Below are positions 29,906-42,059 of a stretch of DNA of 64,000 nt, one piece after another. Source of the DNA: Paraspadella gotoi (Eukaryota; Animalia; Chaetognatha). The stretch lies in contig CM119265.1 in assembly GCA_051294375.1 (NCBI GenBank), positions 1 to 64,000 on the forward strand, written 5' to 3'. The position numbers were made by a program, and so were the translations under genes. The notes under the pieces are model-generated. The model ran no database searches. It had not been told where the DNA came from and saw nothing but the letters and a program-made list of their open reading frames with translations. Numbering within the stretch: the stretch's first letter is position 1; the number at the start of each line of letters is the position of its first letter.

Positions 29906-30987
29906 ATGAGCGAATCCGACTTCCGTTCACGCCTCCGCTCAGCGCAGCGAAACACAGAGGACCAACGCGAGACTACATCGAACCTTCAGATCCCGCTAGG
30001 CTTTGGAAGGGGAAGACGATCGAATTCAGCTTCTCCAAACTTTTCTGACGCAGCGGCATCGTTCGACTTTCAACGAATCAACGACGAGCGATTCGAGGAC
30101 GCTGACATGGCTACAGGAGACGCGCCAACTCGAGTTCTACAGGACGAAAACACAGAACTACGCGCAGCTCTAGCCGCCGCCACTCGCGCCCTCGAACGAG
30201 CAGCAAACCGTAAGCCCGATCTTCCCGATTTTGATCCAACTAACATCGAAATATGGATCAAAAGAATTGAGGCGGCGTATACCCGAGCGGGCATCACCGC
30301 CGCCAAAACAAAATTTGCCCACTTGGAATCGAAGATTGGAGTCAAAATCGATCCCAAGATCAATCAATTCCTCTATGGCGACGCGACAGAGGCAGAATGG
30401 ATAAACTTCATAGCCTATCTACGAAAAGAGTATGGTTTGACTCGCCGCCAGCAGGCGGCCAATTTACTGGACGCCATCGATACCGACGGCCTCAAGCCAT
30501 CGAAAGCACTCGCTCAACTAGAGGAAAAAACGAGAAATCTCACTCTCGATGATGTACGCAAGGAAAAAATCCTGCGCGAACTTCCGGTTGAAATACGTCG
30601 TCAACTGGAAGACAAAGCGGATGAGATGTCGGCCAGTCAGTTGTGTGAGATGGCGGATCGCCATTTCGATAATGAAGGCAACCTGCGGATTCGACAATCA
30701 TCAGCAGTCATCAGCAACATCGAGAGGCATCATAGAGATCGAGACGAATCTGAATCTGACGACGACGACGCCGTCAATGCCATCGGCGCCTCCTCCAAAC
30801 GCAGTTTTCAAACGAAAAAGAGGCCAAGCAATGGAAAAAGAGAGAAAACGCGCTCCAAACTCACAACCCTCTGTCACAAGCATGTGAAATTCGGAAATGA
30901 CGCCTGGTCATGCGAGCCAGGATGTTCGAAGTACGACGAGAGCATGAAGAAAAAGGAGGGAAACGCCAGGGGGGGACGACGTCGNNN
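29906..30987 (+). CDS. gag: Gag of A2; stop codon hidden in a 10-N gap
   Basis: CHKHVKFGNDAWSCEPGC; the copy near 49065 shows CGT CGT CGT-like GGRRR end region. Confidence 0.88.
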
Positions 30988-33900
30988 NNNNNNNTCCCCC
31001 AAGCGTCAACTCACTCACCGTCGCCTAGCAACCTTCTCTTCATCCGAGACGCCGGAGACAAGACGAAGTGGCTGGTCGACGGCGGCGCGTTACTCTCAAT
31101 TGTCCCGCCGACTCAGAAACAACGCCAGGACGGCCCAGATCAAAAGATCAAACTTCAGGCCGCCAACGGGTCGCCAATAGAATGCTATGGCACCGTCAAT
31201 AGAGTCGTGCAACTGGGCAACAGAAAATTCGAGTATGAGTTCGTCGTCGCCAACGTCAGACAACATATCTTAGGTGCGGATTTTTTGGCCGAAAATTTCT
31301 TGGCACCTAATCATCGAGATGGCCTCTTAATGGATCTACGCGACTATTCGACTATCGCGGCGTCAACGGCTACAGAAACAGCGCCGCAAGTGAATTTTGT
31401 CGATCGAAGCGGCGAAAAATTCTATAAATTGCTGGATTCGTTCCCGTCTCTATCTACACCGACATTCGAAGTAAAGGAGCCCAAACACGGGGTCACCCAC
31501 TCGATCCCAACGGAAGGGCGACCTTGTCAATCGAGAGCTCGACGCTTAGATCCGGAAAAATTGGCCGTCGCTAAACGTGAGCTTGAAAAGATGGTTTCTC
31601 TCGGCGTGGCCAAACGTGGAAAGTCAGAGTGGTCGTCACCACTCCACGTCGTCGCGAAACCTGACGGGGGTTGGCGCTGTTGTGGGGATTACAGGCGCCT
31701 AAATGCCCAAACAGTGGACGACAAATACCCCGTCAAGCTCCTCACAGACTTTAACTCACAATTGGAAGGGAAAACGATCTTTTCGAAGATAGACCTTCTT
31801 AAAGGCTATCATCAAATACCCGTTAACCCAGAAGATGTGAAGAAAACGGCTGTGATAACGCCATTCGGCTTATACGTGTTCCCTCGTTGTCCATTCGGAT
31901 TAAANNNNNNNNNNCAAGACTTTCAGCGACTTATGGACGAGATCCTCGGAGAGATCCCACATACGTTCGTCTACCTCGACGACATTCTCGTGGCCTCATC
32001 ATCGCCTGAGGAACATTATCACGACCTCGAACGCGTATTCAAGGCGCTGGACGCTAACGGTTTGGTAGTCAATACCAAAAAATGTCTACTAGGACAAGAG
32101 TCACTTGAGTTTCTCGGCTTCCTCGTAGACAAAAACGGCGTCAGACCACTTCCGCAACGTGTACAAACGCTTCAAGAGACGACGCGCCCCACGACCATCA
32201 AAGAACTGCAAAGGTTCTTAGGTATGGTTAACTACTACCGGCGGTTTATTCCGCGGGTAGCCCACAGGTGCGCGCCGCTCTACGACGCCCTCAGTGGAAA
32301 ACCTAAGACTCTCAACTGGACGAGCGACTGCGACCGCGCCTTCGAAGCGATTAAAGAGGGCCNNNNNNNNNNAGCTTTACTCCATCACCCAAGGACTGGT
32401 GCCCAACTCTGTATCACAACTGACGCATCAGATCTAGCAGTTGGCGCCGTACTCGAGCAGCGCGGCCCTAAGGGGTGGGAGCCGCTGGCTTTTTTTTCTA
32501 CCAAGCTAGCGAAAAATCAGAAGCTGTGGCCCCCATTCGATAAGGAGCTGTTTGGCGCCTTTAAAGCGGTTCGACACTTCAGGCACTGGATTGAGGGGCG
32601 CTCGTTCACGCTATATACTGATCACCAGAGTTTGGTGTCAGCCATCAAGAAAAAAGCTGAGCCACAAACTATCCGTCAGTCGTATCAACTCTCGGTGATA
32701 GCAGAGTTTACCACAGATGTGAGATATTTAAAAGGCAAAGCCAACGTCGTCGCCGACGCGTTATCTCGACCCAACGCGCCCCCGACGACCTCGCCAACAA
32801 CCTCAGCAGCTCCGTCATCAAACTCGCCAACTAGTTCATCGACAAACTCGTCAACAAACGCGTCAACAAGCCCGTCGACAAACGCAGCGACAAACGCGTC
32901 GACAAACTCAGTGACANNNNNNNNNNCAAACGCATCGACAAACGCGTCGACGAACTCATCGATCAACTCAACGACAATCTCACAAGCAGACGCGGCGACA
33001 GGATCGCCAACAAGCTCAACGCCACCTCCCTCAACTCACCCCTCAGCGAGATCAACAAAAGATCAATCTCCGTCAGCTCAAAACAAATCGATTAAAGCAG
33101 ATCGATTGGAAGACGCACAAGCATTGATTGCTTCATTAACTAGCTTCGAAATAAACTTTGAGCAGATGGCAAGAGAACAAATTCTTGATCCAGACTATCG
33201 AAACATCGCTGAGGACGCCAGATCCGGACTAGCGTTTCGAAAAATCAGGGTGGGAGAAGCAGATCTACTCGTGGATATCTCCAACGGCCCGGCGCGCCCA
33301 TTCGTTCCGGCGTCATGGCGCCGGAAAATCTTCGAAGTTATTCACGGGCTTGGTCATCCAGGCGTGGACGCCACTCGAAAGGCAGTAGCCGCCAAATTCG
33401 TCTGGAACTCCATGAGGCAAGATGTAACTCGCTGGGCGAGGGATTGTCTACAATGTCAAAGAGCAAAGGTAACTCGACATGTCATTCCACCAATTGGCGA
33501 GTTTAAGGTGCCACCTAGAAGGTTTCAGCATATTAACTTGGATTTAGTCAAAATGCCCAATTCGAACGGCTTTTCCCATCTATTAACGATAGTCGACAGG
33601 TTCTCGAGATGGCCCGCCGCCATCCCGATCAAGGATACGCTCACCTCGACGATCTTGGATGCTCTAAGCCATGAATGGATCTGCACCTTCGGCACACCAG
33701 CGATCATCACCACCGATAGAGGGACGCAATTCAACTCGGCGTTGTGGCGTCAATTGATCAAACATTGGGGGATTCGGCATCAGATGACAACGGCGTACCA
33801 TCCCCAGGCAAACGGCCTGGTGGAAAGGTTCCACAGGCGCCTGAAGGAGTCACTCATAGCCCTAGCGCGAGAAAATCGACAAAATTGGTTCTGGAAATTA

Positions 33901-34843
33901 CCCATGACGATGCTCGCTATCCGCACAACGATCAAAGAGGATATCGGCGCCTCGGCGGCCGACTTGGTGTTCGGAGAAGGCATCTCCGTGCCCGGATGCA
34001 TCCTCGACGACCCACAGAGCGACGACGCCACCCTGCAGCGCCAACGCCAAGCACAACTCGCCAAATTACGCGTCGAAGTGGCGAGGCTACAGCCAACGCC
34101 AACTTCCGCTCATCAGCAGCCAACGGTGCATCTCCCCAGCAACCTCCAGACCGCTCAATTCGTATTCGTCAGGCGAGCAGGCGTCAATCCACCTCTGGTG
34201 CCACCTTACGAAGGACCTTATAAGGTAATAAATCGAAATGAATTAAACTTTACAATCGAGATTCCCAGCATCGGGCGCGAGACGATCAATATCGCAAGAT
34301 TAAAACCGGCGTGGGTCAGCGACGAGACGCTGGAGGTGGACCAGGAACATCCACAACGCCGACCAGCAGGTCGCCCACCAGGTCTACGAACGACAACGCC
34401 GGCCGCGACATCTAGAAAAACGCGATCGAGCAACAAAAGAGCAGCCTCGCCCGATTCTACTCCTCCTCCTCCTTCNNNNNNNNNNTCCTCCTCCTCCTCC
34501 TTCTCCGACGACTTCCCCGACCTCACCCAATCAACCCCACAGTCTCCCCGACCCACACACATCGCCTTTACGTTTTTTGTCGCCAGCTTCATATTCTCCC
34601 GAGCCTCCACGTGAGACGAGTTCGACATCGAAGAATAAAGAAGGCGAGAATAACAACAACAACAAGGCGAAAAAAGATAATGAGCCAATAACTGAACGTT
34701 TTTCGAAGCCGACGAGTAGCGATTTCTCAGCGAGATGTCCTCGACCAACCTACTCAGTTGTTTTGAAGGAGATGCTTAGGCGACAGGAAATACAAAACAA
34801 CAACAACAACAACCAAAAAGACAAAACCCCCCTGTCAGCCTAA
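30958..34843 (+). CDS. pol: Pol polyprotein of A2 with an apparent frameshift near 34560
   Basis: ORF 30910-34614 has PR/RT/RH/IN; the conserved C-terminus ERFSKP..RPTYSVVLKEML is in ORF 34577-34843. Confidence 0.92.
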
Positions 34844-35881
34844 CTGACAATCGGAGCATCTTCTCCCACGCATCCTCGGTCTTCCTCCCGCCGGCTCCGA
34901 TTGCCAGTAATACAATGTACAGTAATTTTACATTTTTCAACCTTTAATAGTATTTCGATTGTTATGGAACCTTATTGGAATGTTATGGAATTTTTGTAAT
35001 GGAATTTTTGCAAGGAGAAATATTTTTACACGTTTTTAAATCGGTCATTAGACCATTTCGTTGTATATAATTTTATATAATGTTTAATAATTTTAGTATT
35101 TATCATCATTCGTTCAATCATTCAGATGGACGACAACAATTTGTTATAAATTTGATTACCCAAGATTTACAACAGGGGGGCATGCGGCCACCTGAGATAA
35201 TTAATCCGATGAAGAATTAATTAACCCTGAAAATCAGAGATTGATGCCGATCTCAGGCCTGGGACGTCTAGAGTCAGAGCTCTGAACCAACCAGGAGGCC
35301 ATGAATCGTCGATCCTTAACTCAGATCTTATAGCTTTAAAACGACCTCGAAATCTTTTGTTTTTCCAAAACAATCGTTTTGTTTTAATCAGAAAACGCTA
35401 GAGGGTTTTTTACCGCCGATTCAAACAGATTGTTTCAGTTGACTGTTTTCTTTATCGATTGTTTTCTCTGAGTAAATCAGTCTGGTTATCTTGCTCAATA
35501 AAATGTTCATTCTAACATTAAAACAAACGTTTTTACTTACTCTCTCAATGTAGCCAAGTACATAAATAAAGAGAAAAACTTTAATGTTTTCAACTTCATC
35601 AAACGATTTTATTTCTTCACAAAATTGATTTACTTCATACGAATTAATTAATCTCATTCGAATTAATATAATCTCACTCGAATTAATTTAATCTCATTCG
35701 AATCAATTAAAACTCGAAATGTAAACAATCTTTTGTGAAACAAAAACAATTCGAAGTCACGTGACTTGCTTCCCTGCCGCCAAGTCTCTTCTGATGAATT
35801 TCCTTGACGCTTAGCAAGTCACTACCGCCGTTGCCACGTCACGAGTCACGCTGTGGCGCAACAACGACGCCGTGCCACACA

Positions 35882-36137
35882 GGGTTAGGGTTAGGGTTAG
35901 GTTAGGGTTAGGTAGGGTTAGGGTTAGGGTTAGGAGGGTTAGGGTTAGGGTTAGGGTTAGGGTTAGGGTTAGGGTTAGGGTTAGGGTTAGGGTTAGGGTT
36001 GGGTTAGGGTTAGGTAGGGTTAGGTAGGGTTAGGGTTAGGGTTAGGGTTAAGGGTTAGGTTAGGGTTAAGGGTTAGTAGGGTTAGTTAGGGTTAGGGTTA
36101 GGGTTAGGGTTAGGGTTGGGTAGGGTTAGGTTGGGTT
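35882..36137 (+). repeat. (TTAGGG)n tract
   Basis: direct read. Confidence 0.97.
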
Positions 36138-37142
36138 CGGAATCAACTCACTTTGTTGACGCGAAGTCGCCACCTAACGTAGGAATCGATTGACGGGCGA
36201 TTTGAGTTGATCGAGTGAAAGTGGGCGTGGCCTTCGAGTTGGCGTCGCTTCTGGCGTGACCACAGGTGACGTGGGAAGTTGACGAAGGCGTTGGCGTGAC
36301 TCGAGATGACCACAGGTAGGATTCGATGGCGTTAACGACTTGATATCCCAAACCGGAAGTGACGCTGACGCTGACGCACGTGGCGTGACATTGTTTATTA
36401 AGCGTCTTATAAAATTGATGGAACCAACTTGTTTGGTTCTTGAATAAAAGTGGAACCTAATAAAATAATCAAAGCATATAGATATCCATTTACTAATAGT
36501 AATTGCAATATCTATATGGGAATAACAATGTATGTAAATCAAGTAACAATGCATATAAAGATTAACAATAATTATCGACGAGTTGTTTTGAGTTGAATAA
36601 TTTTGCTTAAACTGATTAAAAGATTTTCCAGACCTTGTGGAATAAACAAAGTAAAACATCTGATTAAAATAACATATAATGTTCATTTGTTCTAGAACAA
36701 TAAAAGATCAATCGATTAATATAACAGTTGATTATATAAGTTATATAAGAAGGTTTAAACGTTTTAATGTCATCGGACTGAGTGGCGATGCTGGCTGAGT
36801 CGCCGCTCATGGATCGAAAGGTCCAGAGATCGAATCCAGATCATCGCCTCTTTTTATTATTATTATTATTATTATTAAATCGATTTAAGTATAAATATAA
36901 GTTCGAAAATAGATTGAACATCGATCTGAGATGGCCATCGATTGGCATGGATCACTTGTGGATAAATAATCTGGGGTTCAAATCTACATCCCCCCCTGAC
37001 GTGAATTACTCGATTCGCGGAGAAAAAACGGTTGGGCTCAAAGGACCAAAGGTAAGTTTGAATACTAATTATTTACAAGTGAGATACTATTGATATAGTA
37101 ATAATAAAATAAGTGTGAATATCTATATACAGGTTTTTGAAC

Positions 37143-40100
37143 TCACGTAATGTTTAATAGTAGGTGACGAAGAACTGAATTATAATTGGGTCGATCGGCG
37201 CCGTTTACAGTTTTGTAAGAGAAATTTCCAGGCGCCGGTTTAGAGAATCTCGTCTGAAGTGGGCGTGGCCGTACGACTTCTGATGGCGCTGATGTTGGCG
37301 CTGATTCGACTGACGGCGACGGAGGGGGCGCACCAAACGGAAGTGTTGGAGCTGGAGTCGCTTGCGGATCTTCATTTTGGTCGGAGTGATCGCCCGTTTC
37401 GACGAGTGGATTTGACGCTGGCGCTTCCACTTCCGGTGCGGCTTTTGCGCGCTGGAGGGTGCTCGGGAGTTCTATGACCTCTTCGTCGTCCTTATCGTCC
37501 TCATTGGCGTCGATAGACGGAGCCAATTGTGCTGAGGGATGCTGATAAAGTTGGTTCGACGTTCGAGTTGTTGCTCGAGTTACACGGGTAGTTGACTGAG
37601 GCTGTCGGGTTCGAGGACCCGGTCGACGACCCGGAGGAGGCGGCGAGGGAGGAGGAGATGGTTGAGATAGACGTTCTTCGTCGTCTTCGTCTCTCCAGAC
37701 TGTCGCCGGTTTGATTCTGGCTATAGCAACCGTCTCGACGCCTCGACCAGGGATCTCGACTCGAAAGTTTAGATTGTCGCGAGAAATGACGCGAAATGGG
37801 CCCTGGTAAGGCGCTGTGAGAGGCGGCTTGACGCCGGGACGTTGAATAAAGACGTGAGTAGCGTCAGCGAGCGAGTTAGGAAGATAAACGTTTGGCGAGC
37901 GATGTGTCGACGTTTCGATAGGTTGCAGTCGCTCGACTTCGACGCGCAAATTGTTTCTGAGGATGCGGCGTTGATGTTGCAGCTGGTCGTCGTTTGGAGC
38001 TGGAGGAAGAAGATCGCCAGGAACTGTTAGGCCTTCTCCGAAGACCAAATCGGATGGAGAGGCGCCAATGTCGGGTTTTATCGTCGTCCGTATGGCGAGC
38101 AGGGCTGCAGGGAGACGCCAGAACCACTGGTGGGGATCCTCAGTCGCGAGGGCGATTAGCGCCTCCTTGAGTCGACGATGAAATCGTTCCACAAGCCCGT
38201 TAGCTTGTGGATGATAAGCTGCGGTTTGGTGATGATGGATGCCCCATGTTTGCGCTAGCTGAGTCCAGATTGACGAATTGAATTGGGCGCCTCTGTCCGT
38301 GGTGATATCTGAGGGGACTCCAAAGGTAGAGACCCAGCCGTGGACGAGGGTGTCGATAACTGTCGTCGAGGCCATATCCTTCATAGGTAACGCTGTAGGC
38401 CATCTGGTAAAACGGTCCACGACTGTCAGTAGATAGCCGAAGCCGTTTGACGTCGGCATAATTGTTATATCGACGTTTATGTGCTGGAAGCGCTTAGCGG
38501 GGACGTTGAACTCGCCGATGTTCGGAGTAATGTGGCGAGTCACCTTCGCCTGCTGGCAAGGAAGGCATTCTCTGGCCCAACGTGTCGTATCGGCGCGTAT
38601 TGATGGCCAGACGAATTTTGAGCAGATTGTCTCTCTTGTCCTTGCCACGCCGGGATGGCCAAGGCCGTGGACGGCGTCGAAAATTCGGCGGCGCCATGAT
38701 TCCGGCACAAAGGGGCGGGCAGGGCCGTTGGATACGTCGACGAGTAGGGTTTGATCACCTAGCTTGACTTTCCTGAAGCTTAAGCCCGTCCTGGCGTCCT
38801 TGGAGAGGCGTTGATAATCCTTGTCGAGGATTTGGTGGCGGGCCATCTCTTCTAGGTCAACTCCTTCTTGGCCTATCGCGTTGATCGTGCCGATGAGGTC
38901 TTCGACTTTTTCGTCGGAGACAGGTTTGTCGACAGAGGCGATTGCAGGTGGAGGATTGGGCCTAGAGAGGGCGTCGGCCACTACGTTGGCCTTGCCGCGC
39001 ACGTGTCGTATGTCGGTCGTGAATTCGGAGATCACGGATAACTGGAAGTTATGACGAGTAGTTTGCGGCTCTGATCGCTTGTGGAGAGCATGGATAAGTG
39101 ATTGATGGTCGGTGTATAGTGTAAAAGTGCGACCCTCCAGCCAATGTCGGAAATGGCGCACCGCTCTGAAGGCGCCATATAATTCCCGGTCAAACGGGGG
39201 CCATCTTCTCTGGGCGTCGTCTAATTTGGCCGAAAAGAAGGCTAACGGTTCCCAACCGTCGCCGCTGCGCTGCTCGAGGACGNNNNNNNNNNCGATGTCG
39301 GAGGCGTCAGTTGTGAGAGAGAGCTGGGCGTTGGTGCGAGGGTGGCGGAGTAAAGCGGCGTTTGCCAAGGCTTCCTTTACCGCGTTGAAAGCTGTCGTGC
39401 AAGCTTCTGTCCAGACTAATTGTTTGGGCTTGCCGGCCAACGCGTCGTAGAGGGCGGCGGCATGGTGGGCGGCCTTGGGAAGGAAACGGCGATAATAGTT
39501 AACCATTCCCAAGAACCGTTGGAGCTCCTTGATCGTTGTCGGAGGATTCGTAGCGCGGATTGCGTCGACCTTCTTGGGGAGAGGTTTGACGCCTGACGCG
39601 TCCACCAAATATCCAAGGAACTCCAGTGACTTTTTCCCAAGCTCACACTTTTTCCTGTTGACGACTAAGCCGTTGGTAGCGAGGGCCTTGAAAACTTGTT
39701 CCAAGTCATGGACGTGCTGTTCTTCGTCTTCACTGGCGACGAGGATGTCGTCCAAGTACACATAGGTATGAGGGACGTCGCCGAGGATCTCGTCCATCNN
39801 NNNNNNNNAGTCTTGTCCGGCGTTTTTAAGGCCGAACGGTGTTCTGAGGAAAACGAACAAGCCGAAGGGTGTGATCACGGCCGTTTTGACGACGTCCTCG
39901 TCCGCCACAGGGATCTGGTGATATCCCTTCAATAAGTCGACTTTGGAGAAGATTTTCTTTCCGGAGAGTTGAGCGTTGAAGTCGGCTAATAACTTCACCG
40001 GATACTTGTCATCTTTTGTCATCGAGTTGAGGCGTCGAAAGTCGCCACAAACTCTCCAACCTCCGTCTGACTTAGGAACACACAAGATGGGTGACGACCA

Positions 40101-40742
40101 GGCGCTCTTGNNNNNNNNNNCGATGCCAAGCGCCACCATCTTCTCAAGTTCAGCTTTGGCGACTGCCAGCTTCTCTGGATCGAGGCGCCGGGCTCGTGCT
40201 TGGCATGGGCGGCCCTCTGTAGGGATATGGTGCCGTACCCCATGCTTGGGCTCTTTCAGCTCAAAGCTTGGCTTGGATAGTGACGGATACTTGTCGAGAA
40301 GTTGATAGAAAACATTTTCTTTCTGGTCGACAAAGTTGACGTGGGATGGAGCTGTGCCGCGGGAGACTGCACACGGAATAGTCGAGTAGTCCTTCAGATC
40401 CAACAGTATACCATCGCGGTGGTTCGGGGCGAGATAAAATTCCGCGAGGAAGTCGGCACCAAGAATATTTTGTGTTACATCAGCTATTAACACGTCGAAG
40501 GGAAATATTCTTGGGCCGAGTGTAATGCGTCGATGGGCTATACCGTAGCATGCTATAGGACTACCGTTTGCTGCTTGTAGTTGTGCGCCAGTCGGACCCG
40601 CCGCTCGTTGCTCCGGCGTCGGTGGGATGAGCGAGAGCAAAGCTCCGCCATCCACTAGCCAGTGACGACCGTCGCTGGCGTCGGTGACGTGAAGGAGGAA
40701 TGAGTCGGGTGAGTCGTCGTTTGCGCGGGGCACCGCGTTCAC
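37143..40742 (-). CDS. pol: Pol polyprotein of B4
   Basis: 1199 aa, all domains. Confidence 0.95.
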   Translation of the reverse strand: MNAVPRANDDSPDSFLLHVTDASDGRHWLVDGGALLSLIPPTPEQRAAGPTGAQLQAANGSPIACYGIAHRRITLGPRIFPFDVLIADVTQNILGADFLAEFYLAPNHRDGILLDLKDYSTIPCAVSRGTAPSHVNFVDQKENVFYQLLDKYPSLSKPSFELKEPKHGVRHHIPTEGRPCQARARRLDPEKLAVAKAELEKMVALGIXXXXKSAWSSPILCVPKSDGGWRVCGDFRRLNSMTKDDKYPVKLLADFNAQLSGKKIFSKVDLLKGYHQIPVADEDVVKTAVITPFGLFVFLRTPFGLKNAGQDXXXXMDEILGDVPHTYVYLDDILVASEDEEQHVHDLEQVFKALATNGLVVNRKKCELGKKSLEFLGYLVDASGVKPLPKKVDAIRATNPPTTIKELQRFLGMVNYYRRFLPKAAHHAAALYDALAGKPKQLVWTEACTTAFNAVKEALANAALLRHPRTNAQLSLTTDASDIXXXXVLEQRSGDGWEPLAFFSAKLDDAQRRWPPFDRELYGAFRAVRHFRHWLEGRTFTLYTDHQSLIHALHKRSEPQTTRHNFQLSVISEFTTDIRHVRGKANVVADALSRPNPPPAIASVDKPVSDEKVEDLIGTINAIGQEGVDLEEMARHQILDKDYQRLSKDARTGLSFRKVKLGDQTLLVDVSNGPARPFVPESWRRRIFDAVHGLGHPGVARTRETICSKFVWPSIRADTTRWARECLPCQQAKVTRHITPNIGEFNVPAKRFQHINVDITIMPTSNGFGYLLTVVDRFTRWPTALPMKDMASTTVIDTLVHGWVSTFGVPSDITTDRGAQFNSSIWTQLAQTWGIHHHQTAAYHPQANGLVERFHRRLKEALIALATEDPHQWFWRLPAALLAIRTTIKPDIGASPSDLVFGEGLTVPGDLLPPAPNDDQLQHQRRILRNNLRVEVERLQPIETSTHRSPNVYLPNSLADATHVFIQRPGVKPPLTAPYQGPFRVISRDNLNFRVEIPGRGVETVAIARIKPATVWRDEDDEERLSQPSPPPSPPPPGRRPGPRTRQPQSTTRVTRATTRTSNQLYQHPSAQLAPSIDANEDDKDDEEVIELPSTLQRAKAAPEVEAPASNPLVETGDHSDQNEDPQATPAPTLPFGAPPPSPSVESAPTSAPSEVVRPRPLQTRFSKPAPGNFSYKTVNGADRPNYNSVLRHLLLNIT

Positions 40743-41863
40743 CTGCGCGGGCCCGCTGCTCCGTTTCCCGACTTAGAGTCGCGTTTTTCCATGAATTCGC
40801 TTCGGCGGGCGCAGCCGCGCTCGCACTTGAATGCAGAGTCGCCAAACTTCAGATGGTAGCGACATATTTGCTTGAGTTTCTGGTTAGGCGGGCGGGAGCT
40901 TGTCGACGAGCTGTTTGGCGGTCTGGAGCTGCTCGAGGCTGGCTTCGTCGCGTTGGAGCGCCAATTTCCGGTTGAAGGGCGGCTCCGGTCGCGGCGCTGG
41001 CCTCCTATGGCGTTGATCTCCGCCTCGCCGTCGCTGTCGCTTCCGTCGTCGTCGACAAACTGATTGAGAGTCGCTGCGTTGATTGTTGAAGATGGAGCGG
41101 CGAGGCGAGGGCGTCCATCCTGATCGAAGAACTTGTCAGCTTCATCTGCAAGCTCTGCTGCAGTGAGAGTGTCGACTCTCCCTTCTAAAGAGCGTTGGAC
41201 CTCGATCGGGAGGCCTCTAATAATTGTCTCCTTCTTGAGATCATCGATAGTAACTGACTTTATTTTGTCCTCCAAACGCGCGAGGTGCTGTGATGGTCTG
41301 AGGCCGTCGCGGCCAAAACCGTCGAGCAGGACGGCTGCCTGTTGACGGGGAGTAGTTCCATACTCTTTTTTCAAGTAGAGAACGAATTCGTTCCAGCGTC
41401 TCTCGGATTGTTCGCCATATAGAAAGGCGTTGACGCGCGGGTTGAGGTTGACGTCTATCTTAGACTCTAGGTGAGCAAATTTCTCTTTAGCGTCATGAAT
41501 ATTAGATCTAACGTACGCTGCCTCTACTCGGCGGAGCCAAACGTCAATGTTTTTAGGATCGAAAGCGGGCAACTCGGGTTTCCTCTTTTTCTCCAGAGCG
41601 GCCAAAGCAGTAGCGAGGGCGGTCCGGAGCGCTTCCGTTTCGCCGAGAGCGGCGGCGGCCATGTTGTCGCCTTCGGCGTCGGCGAAGACCTCTGGTTCTG
41701 TTGACGTTGGCGGGTAGTTAAATACTGGCGCCGCGAGGGCGCCTACGAGATTGGATGGCGAGTTTTCGCGAGAGTTTCGACCGCGGCCGAATCCAGCGGG
41801 CACGTTGAGGCTTGCTTGTTGGCGCTGTCGAACAGTTTGTCTCGTTTCGCGAGAGTCGCTCAT
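40739..41863 (-). CDS. gag: Gag of B4
   Basis: 374 aa, CRYHLKFGDSAFKCERGC. Confidence 0.94.
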   Translation of the reverse strand: MSDSRETRQTVRQRQQASLNVPAGFGRGRNSRENSPSNLVGALAAPVFNYPPTSTEPEVFADAEGDNMAAAALGETEALRTALATALAALEKKRKPELPAFDPKNIDVWLRRVEAAYVRSNIHDAKEKFAHLESKIDVNLNPRVNAFLYGEQSERRWNEFVLYLKKEYGTTPRQQAAVLLDGFGRDGLRPSQHLARLEDKIKSVTIDDLKKETIIRGLPIEVQRSLEGRVDTLTAAELADEADKFFDQDGRPRLAAPSSTINAATLNQFVDDDGSDSDGEAEINAIGGQRRDRSRPSTGNWRSNATKPASSSSRPPNSSSTSSRPPNQKLKQICRYHLKFGDSAFKCERGCARRSEFMEKRDSKSGNGAAGPRR

Positions 41864-42059
41864 TGACGTGGTTAATTATCAGAAGGTTGGAAGGGTAGTC
41901 CGACGTCGCGGATCACCAATGTAGATGGCGGAATCAACTCACTTTGTTGACGCGAAGTCNNNNNNNNNNNNNNNNNNNNNNNNNNNNNNNNNNNNNNNNN
42001 NNNNNNNNNNNNNNNNNNNNNNNNNNNNNNNNNNNNNNNNNNNNNNNNNNNNNNNNNNN

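Larger units (their letters stand above)
28975..35881 (+). mobile_element. Full-length Gypsy LTR retrotransposon, lineage A, copy A2
   Basis: LTRs ~28975-29674 and 35183-~35881; PBS-like TGGTGAAAACCGACGT at 29677; PPT AACAGGGGGG at 35171-35180; telomere repeats on both sides. Confidence 0.96.
36138..41959 (-). mobile_element. Gypsy LTR retrotransposon, lineage B, copy B4 (sister of B1); 5' LTR truncated by a gap
   Basis: 3' LTR ~36138-36988, PPT, pol, gag, PBS TGGTGATCCGCGACGT, LTR restart at 41920. Confidence 0.95.

Noticed and set aside
30985-31180. Extended Gag ORFs of 424 aa (A2) and 460 aa (A3)
   Set aside because: The stop codon is hidden in a 10-N gap; homologues end at about GGRRR
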